Origin: a virus
Taxonomy: Duplodnaviria; Caudoviricetes
Strand: one strand, 5' to 3'
Virus record (IMG/VR): IMGVR_UViG_3300037455_000448
Location: 32,001 to 96,000 of that record
DNA: 64,000 nt
The translations under genes were made by a program, and so were the position numbers. Position 1 is the stretch's first letter; each line of letters opens with the position of its first letter. Positions 1 through 9,555 of the stretch are shown here, one piece after another. Below the pieces are notes generated by a model that saw only the letters and a list, made by a program, of their open reading frames with translations, did no database searches and was not told where the DNA came from.

Positions 1-175
1 TACTGCAGAATCTTGCTACATATAAGCTTGACATGGCACGTCCATCATTAGTGTTATATAAGGTCTTTCGCCCACAACCAATCTGCTTTGCAAGCTGAAC
101 CTTATTGATACCTACTTCAGAAACGCACTCATCAAACCGCTCCCAGAATCCTTCAATCATTGTCCTACTCTTCAT
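1..175 (-). CDS. XRE/Cro-like HTH protein (runs off the window edge)
   Basis: Hand translation MKSRTMIEGFWERFDECVSEVGINKVQLAKQIGCGRKTLY..; LAKQIGCGRKTLY is HTH-like; start overlaps the upstream stop (TAATG). Confidence 0.6.
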   Translation of the reverse strand, partial: MKSRTMIEGFWERFDECVSEVGINKVQLAKQIGCGRKTLYNTNDGRAMSSLYVARFCS

Positions 176-429
176 TAAATCACCTCCTCAAGAACCTTCT
201 TGTATTTCTTAGGACACTCATCGTACTTCCGAATGGTGTGACCACTACTCCACTCATTCAGATATACTTCCTTTACCACAGTTGTCTTTAATCCCTTGCC
301 ATGAAGTATTAAAAATCCATACCCAAGACTCCCCTCCTCTATTTCTGTTACCTCACCACCTTTCTCTACATAAGCGTTTATAAGTTTTTCTACTGCTGAA
401 CAACTATATAATTGGGGTAATTTTTTCAT
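175..429 (-). CDS. hypothetical phage protein
   Basis: 84-aa ORF tightly packed in the leftward operon. Confidence 0.7.
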   Translation of the reverse strand: MKKLPQLYSCSAVEKLINAYVEKGGEVTEIEEGSLGYGFLILHGKGLKTTVVKEVYLNEWSSGHTIRKYDECPKKYKKVLEEVI

Positions 430-633
430 TTCAACTTCTCCTCTATATCATACAAATTAGCCATTGCTGATTCGTATAATGCAACTCTCACAAGGATGAT
501 AAATAAATCATTTGCATCATATTGTGGATATTTCTCAAAAAAAATCTTTGCATATCCTTGTCGCTTCATCATGGATATTTTCCTCGTCACAAAACTGATG
601 GTACTCATTCCGTGGAATCAATTCTCTTGCCAT
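426..633 (-). pseudogene. small hypothetical gene interrupted by a frameshift in a T8 run
   Basis: AAAGGAG RBS and ATG at 633 read MARELIPRNEYHQFCDEENIHDEATRICKDFF-stop; removing one T from the run at 537-544 fuses it to FFEKYPQY...EEKLK. Confidence 0.5.
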
Positions 634-651
634 TATTTCTTAGCTCCTTTC

Positions 652-1248
652 TCAATCTCTCAGATATGTCCATGTATTTACCTTACTAAGTCCGTATCTC
701 TTGAGATATGTGTTAAGCCTTTTTGTAAACATTCCCTTTACAACTCCATAACCATCAATTAACGCTTTAATTTCATCTTCTGTAAGTCTTTCAATATCAA
801 TGAGTCTGTTCCAACGTGAGGGATTATATTCAGGGCCATCACATAAATGGCACATTGTATATGTCTTCAATTTGCTACCATGTTCCTGTCCGGTATATGC
901 ACAATATTTATATCCTACATACCTAGAATCCATAAGAAGATCAAGTTTTCTATTAAATTCCTCAAGATTCTTTTTGATAAAGTATTCCTCATTTGTTGCT
1001 GCATGATGTGCCATATTTCCAGCTCTGTCCATGTCTTCGTCATCACAAATTCCATTCATTCCATATCCAAAACAAAAGTCCTTATGGATACGTGGTCTGT
1101 CGATAACAAAGATATCATCGTTTGCAAGTTCAACTCCGTAGTAGAATTCCTTTTCTGCATAGGCTTGCATATTGGAACTATTAGGCCATACTTCAGCCCG
1201 AATAATATCCATGTACTTTTCTTTAATTTCCTTTTGTGTCATAATCAT
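652..1248 (-). CDS. hypothetical phage protein
   Basis: 198-aa ORF with AAGGAGG RBS. Confidence 0.75.
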   Translation of the reverse strand: MIMTQKEIKEKYMDIIRAEVWPNSSNMQAYAEKEFYYGVELANDDIFVIDRPRIHKDFCFGYGMNGICDDEDMDRAGNMAHHAATNEEYFIKKNLEEFNRKLDLLMDSRYVGYKYCAYTGQEHGSKLKTYTMCHLCDGPEYNPSRWNRLIDIERLTEDEIKALIDGYGVVKGMFTKRLNTYLKRYGLSKVNTWTYLRD

Positions 1249-1327
1249 CCTCCTTTACACCGCAAAGCTGTAAATGTTTTTCTGGGTATTTAAACTTTTT
1301 TGTGTTTGCACTTGTCAAAATGTTAAA

Positions 1328-1916
1328 TACCCAATCAAATTAGGTTTTATTAGGCTTTTTCGTAGAGGTAATCTCCGTCTTCGTTTTCAACAGAAACTAT
1401 CTCTCCATCAATATCCTCAGAAACTCCAAAGTCTGCACCAGAGAATTCATATTCTCCTTTCTCTTTAGCTTCATCAAGAGACTTGGCTTTAACTGCGACA
1501 ACATATCTTGATTCTACTTTGAAGTGAACGTAGTATGTATTAAATTCCTCGCCCAAGATAGCATTTTTAAGATTCTCGGCAATCTCCATCAATGTGTCTT
1601 TAGCTCCCTGACAATCATCTGTGAGATCACGAATTGAATCAGGAACTCCATTTTTGCCTCTCATATTGACATAGCACTCAACTTCATCATCTACGTCATA
1701 GTTTTCAGCATACTCAGTGAACTTCTTTACAAAGTCTTCAGGAGTTCCATCGTAATCAATATCAACAGGAATGTCCTGTCCTGCTTTGTCTGTCCAAAAT
1801 TCTATAAAAGCATGGTTATCTTCAATTTCGTGGTTAATACCCATATTCTCAAAAACTTCTTCTATTCTTTTCATAATTGTTTTCCTTTCTTTTACCCAAT
1901 AAAAACTTGATTTTAT
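1328..1916. repeat. imperfect direct repeats TACCCAAT(A/C)AAA..T.G.TTTTAT flanking the 1350-1874 gene
   Basis: 1328-1350 TACCCAATCAAATTAGGTTTTAT and 1893-1916 TACCCAATAAAAACTTGATTTTAT; the latter contains the dyad ATAAAA-N6-TTTTAT. Confidence 0.5.
1350..1874 (-). CDS. acidic hypothetical protein, DpnD/PcfM-like C-terminus
   Basis: 174 aa; C-terminal YYVHFKVESRYVVAVKAKSLDEAKEK pattern. Confidence 0.6.
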   Translation of the reverse strand: MKRIEEVFENMGINHEIEDNHAFIEFWTDKAGQDIPVDIDYDGTPEDFVKKFTEYAENYDVDDEVECYVNMRGKNGVPDSIRDLTDDCQGAKDTLMEIAENLKNAILGEEFNTYYVHFKVESRYVVAVKAKSLDEAKEKGEYEFSGADFGVSEDIDGEIVSVENEDGDYLYEKA

Positions 1917-1938
1917 CTGTCATTTTGTTATGTAAACT

Positions 1939-2370
1939 TTAGACAAACACACAAAAGTTTACATACCCGTTTTTCTTTGCATTAGCCCTTGCATTTGATT
2001 CATTGATGAGACATGACTTTATATGTTCCCAATTCTCGATTATTGGATATAACTCATATGGATTACCAACAACTTGAATTGCATGGCTTATACCACCATA
2101 CTTTTCTCCAATACCTACATATCCCCTTGTCCTTTCTCCACCGCTAGATGAGAAGGAACGTTCTTCTCCATACACCGCAAAGTGATACATTGTAGTTCCC
2201 TCTCCGAAATCTCCCCTTGCTCTATAATATCCACCGTAATCAACTTGTATGCTCTCGTTAATAGCAAGCTTTGGAACAATGTTCTCCATTATCCATTCAT
2301 TTATTTTGTTCCGATTTTCTTTAAGCTGTTCTTTGTCATCTTTTGAAAAAACCATATTATCAATGTCCAT
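1939..2370 (-). CDS. hypothetical protein
   Basis: 143-aa ORF with AAGGAG RBS. Confidence 0.7.
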   Translation of the reverse strand: MDIDNMVFSKDDKEQLKENRNKINEWIMENIVPKLAINESIQVDYGGYYRARGDFGEGTTMYHFAVYGEERSFSSSGGERTRGYVGIGEKYGGISHAIQVVGNPYELYPIIENWEHIKSCLINESNARANAKKNGYVNFCVFV

Positions 2371-2381
2371 CTCTAATCTCC

Positions 2382-3170
2382 TTATCTATCAAGTACATAT
2401 CTGTTTCTGAAATCCCAACAGTTTAATCCCATCTTCTCTTTTAGCAAACAATAAAGTATTGCATATGCTACTCCTGAATCAAATATCTCTGCCCCTTTGT
2501 TGTGCCATCTGTTTGCCATGAGAACTGTTTGAATACTATTGTCTATCAGTCTAAGGTTTTCGATATTAGTATCATTTATATCTCCTGTAACTGACATCGT
2601 CCTAAATCCTTTTGGAATCTTACCTTGTTCTGTTTCCCATGCTATAGTTTGGACTGATTTCCATCCTTTTTCCGTTTTAATGACACGTCTTCCAGTTCTG
2701 CTATCTATTCTTTCTGCCCCAATTATCTTTGCATTATGTGGAATATGTCCCTTCTTAAATCCAGTATGTTCAACAGCACGATATTTCTCATACCATTCTT
2801 CTTTTCCACCAGTACATTTTCCCCAAGGAACACTTCCCTTTTTGTATCTGCCATCGTTAGAAGCTGACCACCCTTTTAGACAACATCTCACATTTATAGT
2901 GCTCTGCTTGATATTAGTTCCAAAATGCTTATTGAACTCCATTGTCAGTTGTTCTCTTGAAAGAAGAGGAGAGTTATTTCTTAGAAACTCATCTTCTTCA
3001 AGTGTATATTGATGTTCCGTGTGTTTCTTCAACCCCATCCGATTGGTGTGATAGTGAAACGCTGTTGTCTTATATTCAGTTCCATATTTTTCATTAAACA
3101 GTTTTCTCAACGCCTCTACCGACATGCTCATCCAGTTATCTTTTATAAACTGTTCTTGCTCTTTATCCAT
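2382..3170 (-). CDS. HNH-endonuclease-family protein with N-terminal DNA-binding repeats (His residues look degenerate)
   Basis: FKKGHIPHN..IGAERID..W..AWE..GKIPKG..GD..D.NIENL.LI signature of phage HNH proteins. Confidence 0.6.
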   Translation of the reverse strand: MDKEQEQFIKDNWMSMSVEALRKLFNEKYGTEYKTTAFHYHTNRMGLKKHTEHQYTLEEDEFLRNNSPLLSREQLTMEFNKHFGTNIKQSTINVRCCLKGWSASNDGRYKKGSVPWGKCTGGKEEWYEKYRAVEHTGFKKGHIPHNAKIIGAERIDSRTGRRVIKTEKGWKSVQTIAWETEQGKIPKGFRTMSVTGDINDTNIENLRLIDNSIQTVLMANRWHNKGAEIFDSGVAYAILYCLLKEKMGLNCWDFRNRYVLDR

Positions 3171-3420
3171 CTGCCTCTCCTATAATCAACTTCATTGTCA
3201 CAGAACTGTGAAGAGATTTTGTTTGTGCTGCAAGTTTTTCTGTTCTCAAAATCAAATCACCATTATTGATCATCTGTTTAGCTAAGTTTGTAATAATCAC
3301 AGACTGTTCATTTTCTGTCTGTCGTTCTTCAGGTGACAAATCATTTCTTAATGTCACTTTAATTCTGTCACCTAAAACACTCTGCAAATCTAACAATGTC
3401 ATTCCTTTTTCCATTATCAT
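3163..3420 (-). CDS. small phage protein of the type usually paired upstream of this HNH family
   Basis: TLLDLQ..L..R..L.N.L..EE..E..S..I..LAKQMINNGDL pattern; overlaps the HNH start. Confidence 0.55.
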   Translation of the reverse strand: MIMEKGMTLLDLQSVLGDRIKVTLRNDLSPEERQTENEQSVIITNLAKQMINNGDLILRTEKLAAQTKSLHSSVTMKLIIGEADG

Positions 3421-3428
3421 TTCCTTTC

Positions 3429-3659
3429 TTAATCCAAGTCATCACCTAAACACTTGTCTTCAAGTGCGTCTAACTCATCACAACTTACTTTATTTTTTAT
3501 AGGCGTAGGCTTGCACCTATATTCAGGTCTGTAACATTCAAAGCAAGTATCAAACATTTGAGCTCCGTTCATGCCATATATAATAGGTCTGCCACAAATT
3601 CTGCATCTCTTTTCGTTTATCTTCTGTCCATACATGGTTGCTGACATTCTTTTACTCAC
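3429..3659 (-). CDS. small Cys-rich (zinc-finger) protein
   Basis: CRICG...CFEC; likely GTG start at 3659 after GAGGT RBS, overlapping the upstream stop. Confidence 0.55.
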   Translation of the reverse strand: MSKRMSATMYGQKINEKRCRICGRPIIYGMNGAQMFDTCFECYRPEYRCKPTPIKNKVSCDELDALEDKCLGDDLD

Positions 3660-4078
3660 GCGCTTACCTCCTCGTACCACCAGCTTTCTTTGAATCCATC
3701 CCAATAAGGAACATAATCTCCACCAAACATTACATCTGCAACCCATTGTCCACTTTCCTCCTGATATATATCCCCATCCAACAAATAAGTACCAATCTCT
3801 TCAAAGAGTATTTCATTAACTCTTTTTGCTGTTTCTTCATCTGGAATATTGATGATTGCACTTCCAGACAAACTATCTTCTGTTTCATATAAAAGGATCT
3901 CAAGTATGATGTCCTTTGCCTTATCATCCCCAACAGTCTTCGCGTATTCATTAACCACGCTTCTCATATACTTCTGTTGAAATGCACCTATCTCATTAAA
4001 TCGCTCTTCTGAAAAACCTTCTTTCTTTAATAGTCCGGTAAGTACACTCATCCCTGCTTCATATTCTTTTTCAGTCAT
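3656..4078 (-). CDS. hypothetical protein
   Basis: 140-aa ORF with GAGGAG RBS. Confidence 0.7.
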   Translation of the reverse strand: MTEKEYEAGMSVLTGLLKKEGFSEERFNEIGAFQQKYMRSVVNEYAKTVGDDKAKDIILEILLYETEDSLSGSAIINIPDEETAKRVNEILFEEIGTYLLDGDIYQEESGQWVADVMFGGDYVPYWDGFKESWWYEEVSA

Positions 4079-4079
4079 A

Positions 4080-4376
4080 TCAAAATCTCCTCTTAAGTTC
4101 TTTCATGACATCACACACAGCTCCCCAGGGTGAATCCCCATTTACGTTGATGTCGTAGTATCCATCATCTCTATCAGGATCATCACTCCATATTGGTCTG
4201 ACATACTCACCATTTAAAAGAGCCTGTCCAAGAAAGTTCCTACATCCCTTTCGATCAATCAATTTAAGACCAATAATATGATTATGTGGTTCTTTTCCAC
4301 TTGCCCCTGTCACATCAATTAACTCTGTCAATAAATCTAAAGCCCTCTGTGCAATTACCTTTTCATTAGCATCCAT
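4080..4376 (-). CDS. hypothetical protein
   Basis: Probable start MDANEK (4376); a 53-aa ORF 4366-4527 overlaps its start. Confidence 0.6.
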   Translation of the reverse strand: MDANEKVIAQRALDLLTELIDVTGASGKEPHNHIIGLKLIDRKGCRNFLGQALLNGEYVRPIWSDDPDRDDGYYDINVNGDSPWGAVCDVMKELKRRF

Positions 4377-4570
4377 AACGTACCGTCCTTTCACTTTCAT
4401 CAACCTTTTCAAGGATAATTGGTTCTTCATTAGTTTTCCGCAGATTTCTATATATCTGCATCATTTCCTTCCAGTCAGTAGCAGCAACTATTACATTTCC
4501 ATTCAACTCCTTAATCTCATAATGCATTTCTATCCCCCATAAAACTTACATAACTCTCTTCCAGAGCGGG

Positions 4571-4729
4571 TTATGTAAGTTTCTCATCCTTCAGACAAAC
4601 TCTGATTACATTCGCAATTTCGATTTTTTTATCATTGAAATAAGCATACCCCTCAAAAAACTCAACAGTTTCTGTGTCAATATCTTCAATAACACATCCA
4701 AGTTCATCTCTGTATGCAATAACCAGCAT
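4571..4729 (-). CDS. small hypothetical protein
   Basis: Start MLVIAY after AAGGAGGT RBS. Confidence 0.55.
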   Translation of the reverse strand: MLVIAYRDELGCVIEDIDTETVEFFEGYAYFNDKKIEIANVIRVCLKDEKLT

Positions 4730-4739
4730 GCTTACCTCC

Positions 4740-5090
4740 TTATCTTGACAACATCTCGTACTGTTCCCATGTTTCATCTCTATCATGAAAATGTAATGGA
4801 TAATCAATACCAGTAAGTCTGTTAAAACGTGAATCACTGGTATCTATAATTGTTCCCCCATACATCCACCCAGCTCCTTTTGCCTCAGCGTATGGTTCTA
4901 CACATACATACTCTGTAAATCCAAGATCTCTTTTTACTACCTTGCATAAGTTATCAGGCAGGTTGCTTTCATCTATCTCAATGGGGCCATCAGGACAAAC
5001 AACAAGAACTTCTTTGTGTCGTTCGCTTATGCCATGATTACTGCAATCTCCTAAACTCCATCTGAAAATCTCACAACTTAATGCTCTCAT
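4740..5090 (-). CDS. hypothetical phage protein
   Basis: 116-aa ORF, GGAGG RBS. Confidence 0.7.
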   Translation of the reverse strand: MRALSCEIFRWSLGDCSNHGISERHKEVLVVCPDGPIEIDESNLPDNLCKVVKRDLGFTEYVCVEPYAEAKGAGWMYGGTIIDTSDSRFNRLTGIDYPLHFHDRDETWEQYEMLSR

Positions 5091-5298
5091 AATAAATCCT
5101 CCAAATTCTTTTTATGTTTCTATGACATTGCTATGAATGCTTATTTTATATCTCTCCATCAAGTACAGACTTTGAAGACTAAATTAAAATGTCACGGACG
5201 ATAAAATATATATCCGTAAACATATATGGTTTACTTTTCAGACTCCATCTTTACGTACTCGGAAAATTTAATGTCAATTTTATGTAAACCACATCTAT

Positions 5299-5838
5299 TT
5301 AATTTATCCCTATGTAACACTTACCATTAGCTTCAACAAACTCTGCATACAATGAGTCAATGTCTTTTCTCATGATGTTATAGGTTTCCTTTGCTATGGT
5401 CTTCCAATCCTTATCACATGTCTCAAATGTTATTCGTTCAGGATTGCCCCATACAGAAACAAACTCTTCTGCACTTGTAGGTCTTCCACCAAAGAAAGCT
5501 CTGCCATCCTTGATTTTCTTTCCGCTTGGCCATCTTGTACCATAGTAGTTATCACTGTTCACAGTTGGCTCAACATATTCCTTTGCCCATCCAGTCTCTA
5601 CTTCATGCCTGGAAAAATCTCTCATCAGCTGAAGCTGTTCCTCAACATATTCCTTGGATCTTGTCTTAAGCGTTTCCTTTGTGTAGAACAGAGAACCTTC
5701 AGGATGAAACAATACCCAGTCCCATACTCTCCTACCTTTCCAATCACGTACATTGTTACATGACACCTCTGCAATCAGCATCAGCTTTCCATCATCGAAC
5801 TGCAGTAGATGCTTATTCCGGTACGAATCATAGCTCAT
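5299..5838 (-). CDS. hypothetical protein
   Basis: 179-aa ORF, AAGGAGGT RBS. Confidence 0.75.
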   Translation of the reverse strand: MSYDSYRNKHLLQFDDGKLMLIAEVSCNNVRDWKGRRVWDWVLFHPEGSLFYTKETLKTRSKEYVEEQLQLMRDFSRHEVETGWAKEYVEPTVNSDNYYGTRWPSGKKIKDGRAFFGGRPTSAEEFVSVWGNPERITFETCDKDWKTIAKETYNIMRKDIDSLYAEFVEANGKCYIGIN

Positions 5839-5903
5839 AATTTAACCTCCTTTTCACTTTAGCACGTTAAGTTACTAAACAAATAAAATAACACTTGTTT
5901 TTT

Positions 5904-5935
5904 CGACACGCAAAACGACACGCAAAACGACACGC
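5904..5935. repeat. 12-bp tandem repeat CGACACGCAAAA x2.7
   Basis: Directly visible in an AT-rich intergenic region. Confidence 0.85.
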
Positions 5936-6077
5936 TGAATAATAGATATTTACTACGTTTTCTCTTAATCACTGACAAACAAGATGTCATGCCAGCTGAC
6001 AGTCGACCGACAAGCAACCGACAACAATAGAAAAAGAATAATAATATAAAAAAATAAAACAATATAATATGTGCATT

Positions 6078-6572
6078 TTATCCTTTTGCTTTTTGCCTTA
6101 GCATTTCATTTTCTTCCATCAGATCATAAAGCTTTACCTTGAGTCTGGAAATCTCTCTTAGGTTTGTATCAATAACTCCTTTGTGTGCTTCCAACTCATT
6201 TACTGTTCCGTCCATGTCTCGTTTGCATTCCTTAAGCTGACCTTCCAATTCAAGAATGCTTTCTCTTGCTGTCTTAAGTTCAACAGTTTTCAGTTCAGCA
6301 AGTTCCTTGTACTTCTCAATCTCATACTTCATATCTGCCATGAACTGCGAATATTTACAGTAATGTCTGATTGCCTCAATGGTTCCGTATGCTACGCCAT
6401 ATACCCTGTAATATGTCTCCCTCAGTTCTGGTGTGTTGGATAGTTCAATGTTCTCTTCCACCGAAGCGTGACCAAAGAGATCTTGATATTGTGTGATAGA
6501 TTCAATATCAACATCCATACAGCCATTGTGAGCAGCAATTCTGTTCAATAATTCTCTTAATGTCTTCTCCAT
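6078..6572 (-). CDS. coiled-coil hypothetical protein
   Basis: Start MEKTLRE after GGAGG RBS; heptad-rich C-half. Confidence 0.65.
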   Translation of the reverse strand: MEKTLRELLNRIAAHNGCMDVDIESITQYQDLFGHASVEENIELSNTPELRETYYRVYGVAYGTIEAIRHYCKYSQFMADMKYEIEKYKELAELKTVELKTARESILELEGQLKECKRDMDGTVNELEAHKGVIDTNLREISRLKVKLYDLMEENEMLRQKAKG

Positions 6573-6767
6573 GCTCTTTTCCTCCAGTTCTTTCTTCTGT
6601 GTTCTGTCAACATGCCATGCAGCTTCCACATCATGTTGCCTGTCTTGGTTCCATTGAATCCCCAGGCCAACCATTCGACAAAACTAATCATGTCAAGTCA
6701 TCTCCTTTCTTTTAAGTTTGAATCAGAAAGCAGGCTGTGACACCTGCCTTCCGTTAATTCATACGTG

Positions 6768-7619
6768 TTATACAAATGAGTATGCCTTATGTCCGAGTAT
6801 CTCCTGCTCATCAACAGTTGTTGCATTGACTTCTCTTACCATTCTGCCAAGAGCCTCATTGTCCATCTTTCCATCGTTAGGAACAACTATAACTTCATGG
6901 ATTGAACTTGGAAGGACATAGAATCCGTTCTTAAATCTCTTTTTAAGCAGTGGAAGCTCTCCAAGGATTGCTGATGCTCCACATATATTGCTTCCGTTGG
7001 ATACAACTATATGCTCCATATCTGCAGGAACTTCTCCAAGAATTTCCTTAAGTTCATCAATTCCAATCCCCTGCATCTCTGCCAATGTCTCAAACATTGA
7101 TTTTGCTTTGACATCTTTCTTGGTGTTTGCTATAGCATCTCTGAATACCTGATCCTTAGTAACATCCCACATACTAATCATGTCTTCCTTGACCTTGATG
7201 CTTCCGCTTCCATTCTTATCAATCGAAAGATTGACAACCGGAACCATGATAAGGTCATCAAAACCATATCGTTTTGCGCTTCTCTTGACCTCTGCAACAG
7301 TCTTTTCGTTATAGAGTCTTACAGTGAGCTTATCTTTTACGTTCTCATAATTCTTCAAAAGCTCTACGACATCACCATATTCCTTGCCTGCCTCAATGCT
7401 GTTCTCAAATAATTCCTTTGCTTTTTCAGCTGCTTCTTCAACACTGAATCCCTTATCAAACATATCCTTGACATAAACAGTGACACCAACTATGTCTCCT
7501 GGCTTCTTAACTACCACGCCAGTCAGGACAATTCCATTTGCTTTATCAATGTCCTTGACCTCTGTCTCATAACCCATTGCCTCAAGTTCCTTTGCGATTG
7601 CATTAGCGTAATTTCTCAT
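6768..7619 (-). CDS. DUF5688-family protein
   Basis: K.NG..LTG..., VVSN...CGASAIL, FYVLPSSIHEVIVVP, MVREVN.T.V..E.L motifs. Confidence 0.75.
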   Translation of the reverse strand: MRNYANAIAKELEAMGYETEVKDIDKANGIVLTGVVVKKPGDIVGVTVYVKDMFDKGFSVEEAAEKAKELFENSIEAGKEYGDVVELLKNYENVKDKLTVRLYNEKTVAEVKRSAKRYGFDDLIMVPVVNLSIDKNGSGSIKVKEDMISMWDVTKDQVFRDAIANTKKDVKAKSMFETLAEMQGIGIDELKEILGEVPADMEHIVVSNGSNICGASAILGELPLLKKRFKNGFYVLPSSIHEVIVVPNDGKMDNEALGRMVREVNATTVDEQEILGHKAYSFV

Positions 7620-7751
7620 AGTTTTGTTCTCCTTTTTGTGTATAAAAAACTAGGCTGTACATAGCACAGCCATATTATTACCATATTCAGTTTTCTTTTT
7701 TGGATTTTGCCCCGCTCATTTAATTTATCACAGTGTTGCGTATAATGCAAC

Positions 7752-8042
7752 TTATTTATCTATAACCTTGTATTCAAGCGGTTTATAGAATTCGCTTATA
7801 GTATATCCGCTCCATATGACATCTACTATCTCATCGTCAAGTATAGTCTTGGTTCCGTTGTCGTACATGGTACAGATTACAATATCCCCTTCTTCCAGAT
7901 CTTCAGGCTCATAGAACTCCCACTCATTTCCGGTAGCGTCTACGCAAATTGCCTTATCTCCCATCAGGTCAATCCTTACGATTTCCATTGCCCTTGGATA
8001 TGTATTCTGTAACGTCAGCGCTATTAATAATCCTGATAACAT
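7752..8042 (-). CDS. small OB-fold-like secreted/membrane hypothetical protein
   Basis: Hydrophobic N-terminus; GNEWEF..D..GD....M.DNGT..I.DDEI. Confidence 0.6.
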   Translation of the reverse strand: MLSGLLIALTLQNTYPRAMEIVRIDLMGDKAICVDATGNEWEFYEPEDLEEGDIVICTMYDNGTKTILDDEIVDVIWSGYTISEFYKPLEYKVIDK

Positions 8043-8486
8043 TGAATTTCCCTTTCTTTTATGTCTGTATTATTTTCCGTTGATGTCCATATAATGTCTT
8101 CATCTCCCTTACAATCTGTTGGGAAGAACTTTTCCGTTAGGTCTTCGCCATAATATCCCTCGGAAAATCGTTCAGCTATATCAGGTATACATATACTCAT
8201 ATCCCATCTCCTTTCCCTTAATAAAAAAACACCGCTACAAATACGTCAGCGATGATTTTAAATAACTTAATTATCATAATAATCTTTGATTGCTTCAAGT
8301 ATATCTTCAATTCTTACATCAATCATAATACTTATCTCCTTTCTATTTGGTTTAATCTAGTCTGCAACCGGAGATATACTCATCAGCTACAGGCCGTTAT
8401 AGTTCCATTTAGTAACAGTATCCATTTGTCTTGCATTTTCGTTTGTGTTATATCTGTTTTCACTTTAATGGCTTGTTTCAACCATA

Positions 8487-8560
8487 ACACTATGCTGCGG
8501 AGTCGAACCGCAAGATCTAAGGACTTTCACCCACCCTTAGATACGTCCGTGTCATAGTGT
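8487..8560 (-). ncRNA. tRNA-like element A (acceptor-like stem, hairpin and canonical T-arm; no D-arm)
   Basis: Minus strand: ACACTATG/CATAGTGT closing stem, ATCTAAGG/CCTTAGAT hairpin, TGCGG-TTCGACT-CCGCA; 74 nt. Confidence 0.55.
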
Positions 8561-9555
8561 ATATTTTTAGGATTTACTGTCGGGCTTTGTACCGCTCATA
8601 CCTCGTACCGTTCACTAGAACTTACAGTGTTCTCATCGCCGAGAACTCATACACAGATGGCGTTACTCATCTAGTACTACTCGACTGTCCACCTCACTCC
8701 AGGACTTATTGTTACTACTCTACAGCTATATGCTACTCTTACCCAAGACTTATTCCTTCAACTACTGATTAAATCAATAGTGGCTTAGGTCATTATAACA
8801 TACAGCCCAGCATTAAGATGTTACCATCAAGGTGATTTACTCATTAGGTTATCTGAACCCTTGCCGACCTTTGTTACCCTCGTATCATCAGTATCCTAGT
8901 ACCTACTATGAACAGTTTGACGGTAGCTTGTGTCAATCAGCTACAACCTTATGCTACTAAATTATCTGCATAAGTATCAGAGGTTCGACTTCAACCTCTC
9001 GTATTTGTACCAAGAAAGAATTTTTATTATTCGTACTTCATTCGTACTCCTTCATGTCCTATCTTGAGGCAACCACTTTCTTCTCCTCTATCATCAGACG
9101 GATTACTTACTCTCTACGCAATCCTTGAGACCTCTACTCTTGGTTGGGCGGCGACCCACTTGTCAACTTCTAAGTACCCCTCTCCTATCATAGGGACAAC
9201 TTTTCGTAGTCTCTCCTACTTATGGCTGTCGCTATGTAGAAGGTGCTTCGTGCAACGCTATCTATTATCGCTACTTACTCTACGTCTATGCTCACTCTCC
9301 TTCCTCGCTTTCTATTGACCCTATACAGGAACTTTTAACAAGTCGGTGTATCTTGCCCCACCTATATGGATCGTTGCTTTTTCGTCACATCTCTTGACGC
9401 ATCTTTCACGCTTTATCCTCAGCTTTACACTGATACTCTTTAGCTTATCATGCCTTTATTTATTCTCTGGGATTCGATGAATCACAACGTTTCATCACGT
9501 CTTTCGGCTTAGACGTAACCTGATGTACGGTTTTCCCGATTACCGTAAACGCAAG
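8561..9555 (-). ncRNA. candidate large structured non-coding RNA
   Basis: ~1 kb with no credible gene and more than 12 short inverted repeats; lies in the leftward transcript between two tRNA-like elements. Confidence 0.5.

Noticed and set aside
5859-6062. 67-aa minus-strand ORF with SFCV repeats
   Set aside because: Translation of the tandem repeat and A/T tracts; no RBS.
8252-9318. Plus-strand ORFs 8252-8557, 8557-8772 and 9064-9318
   Set aside because: Opposite to the local operon, no RBS, unnatural composition.
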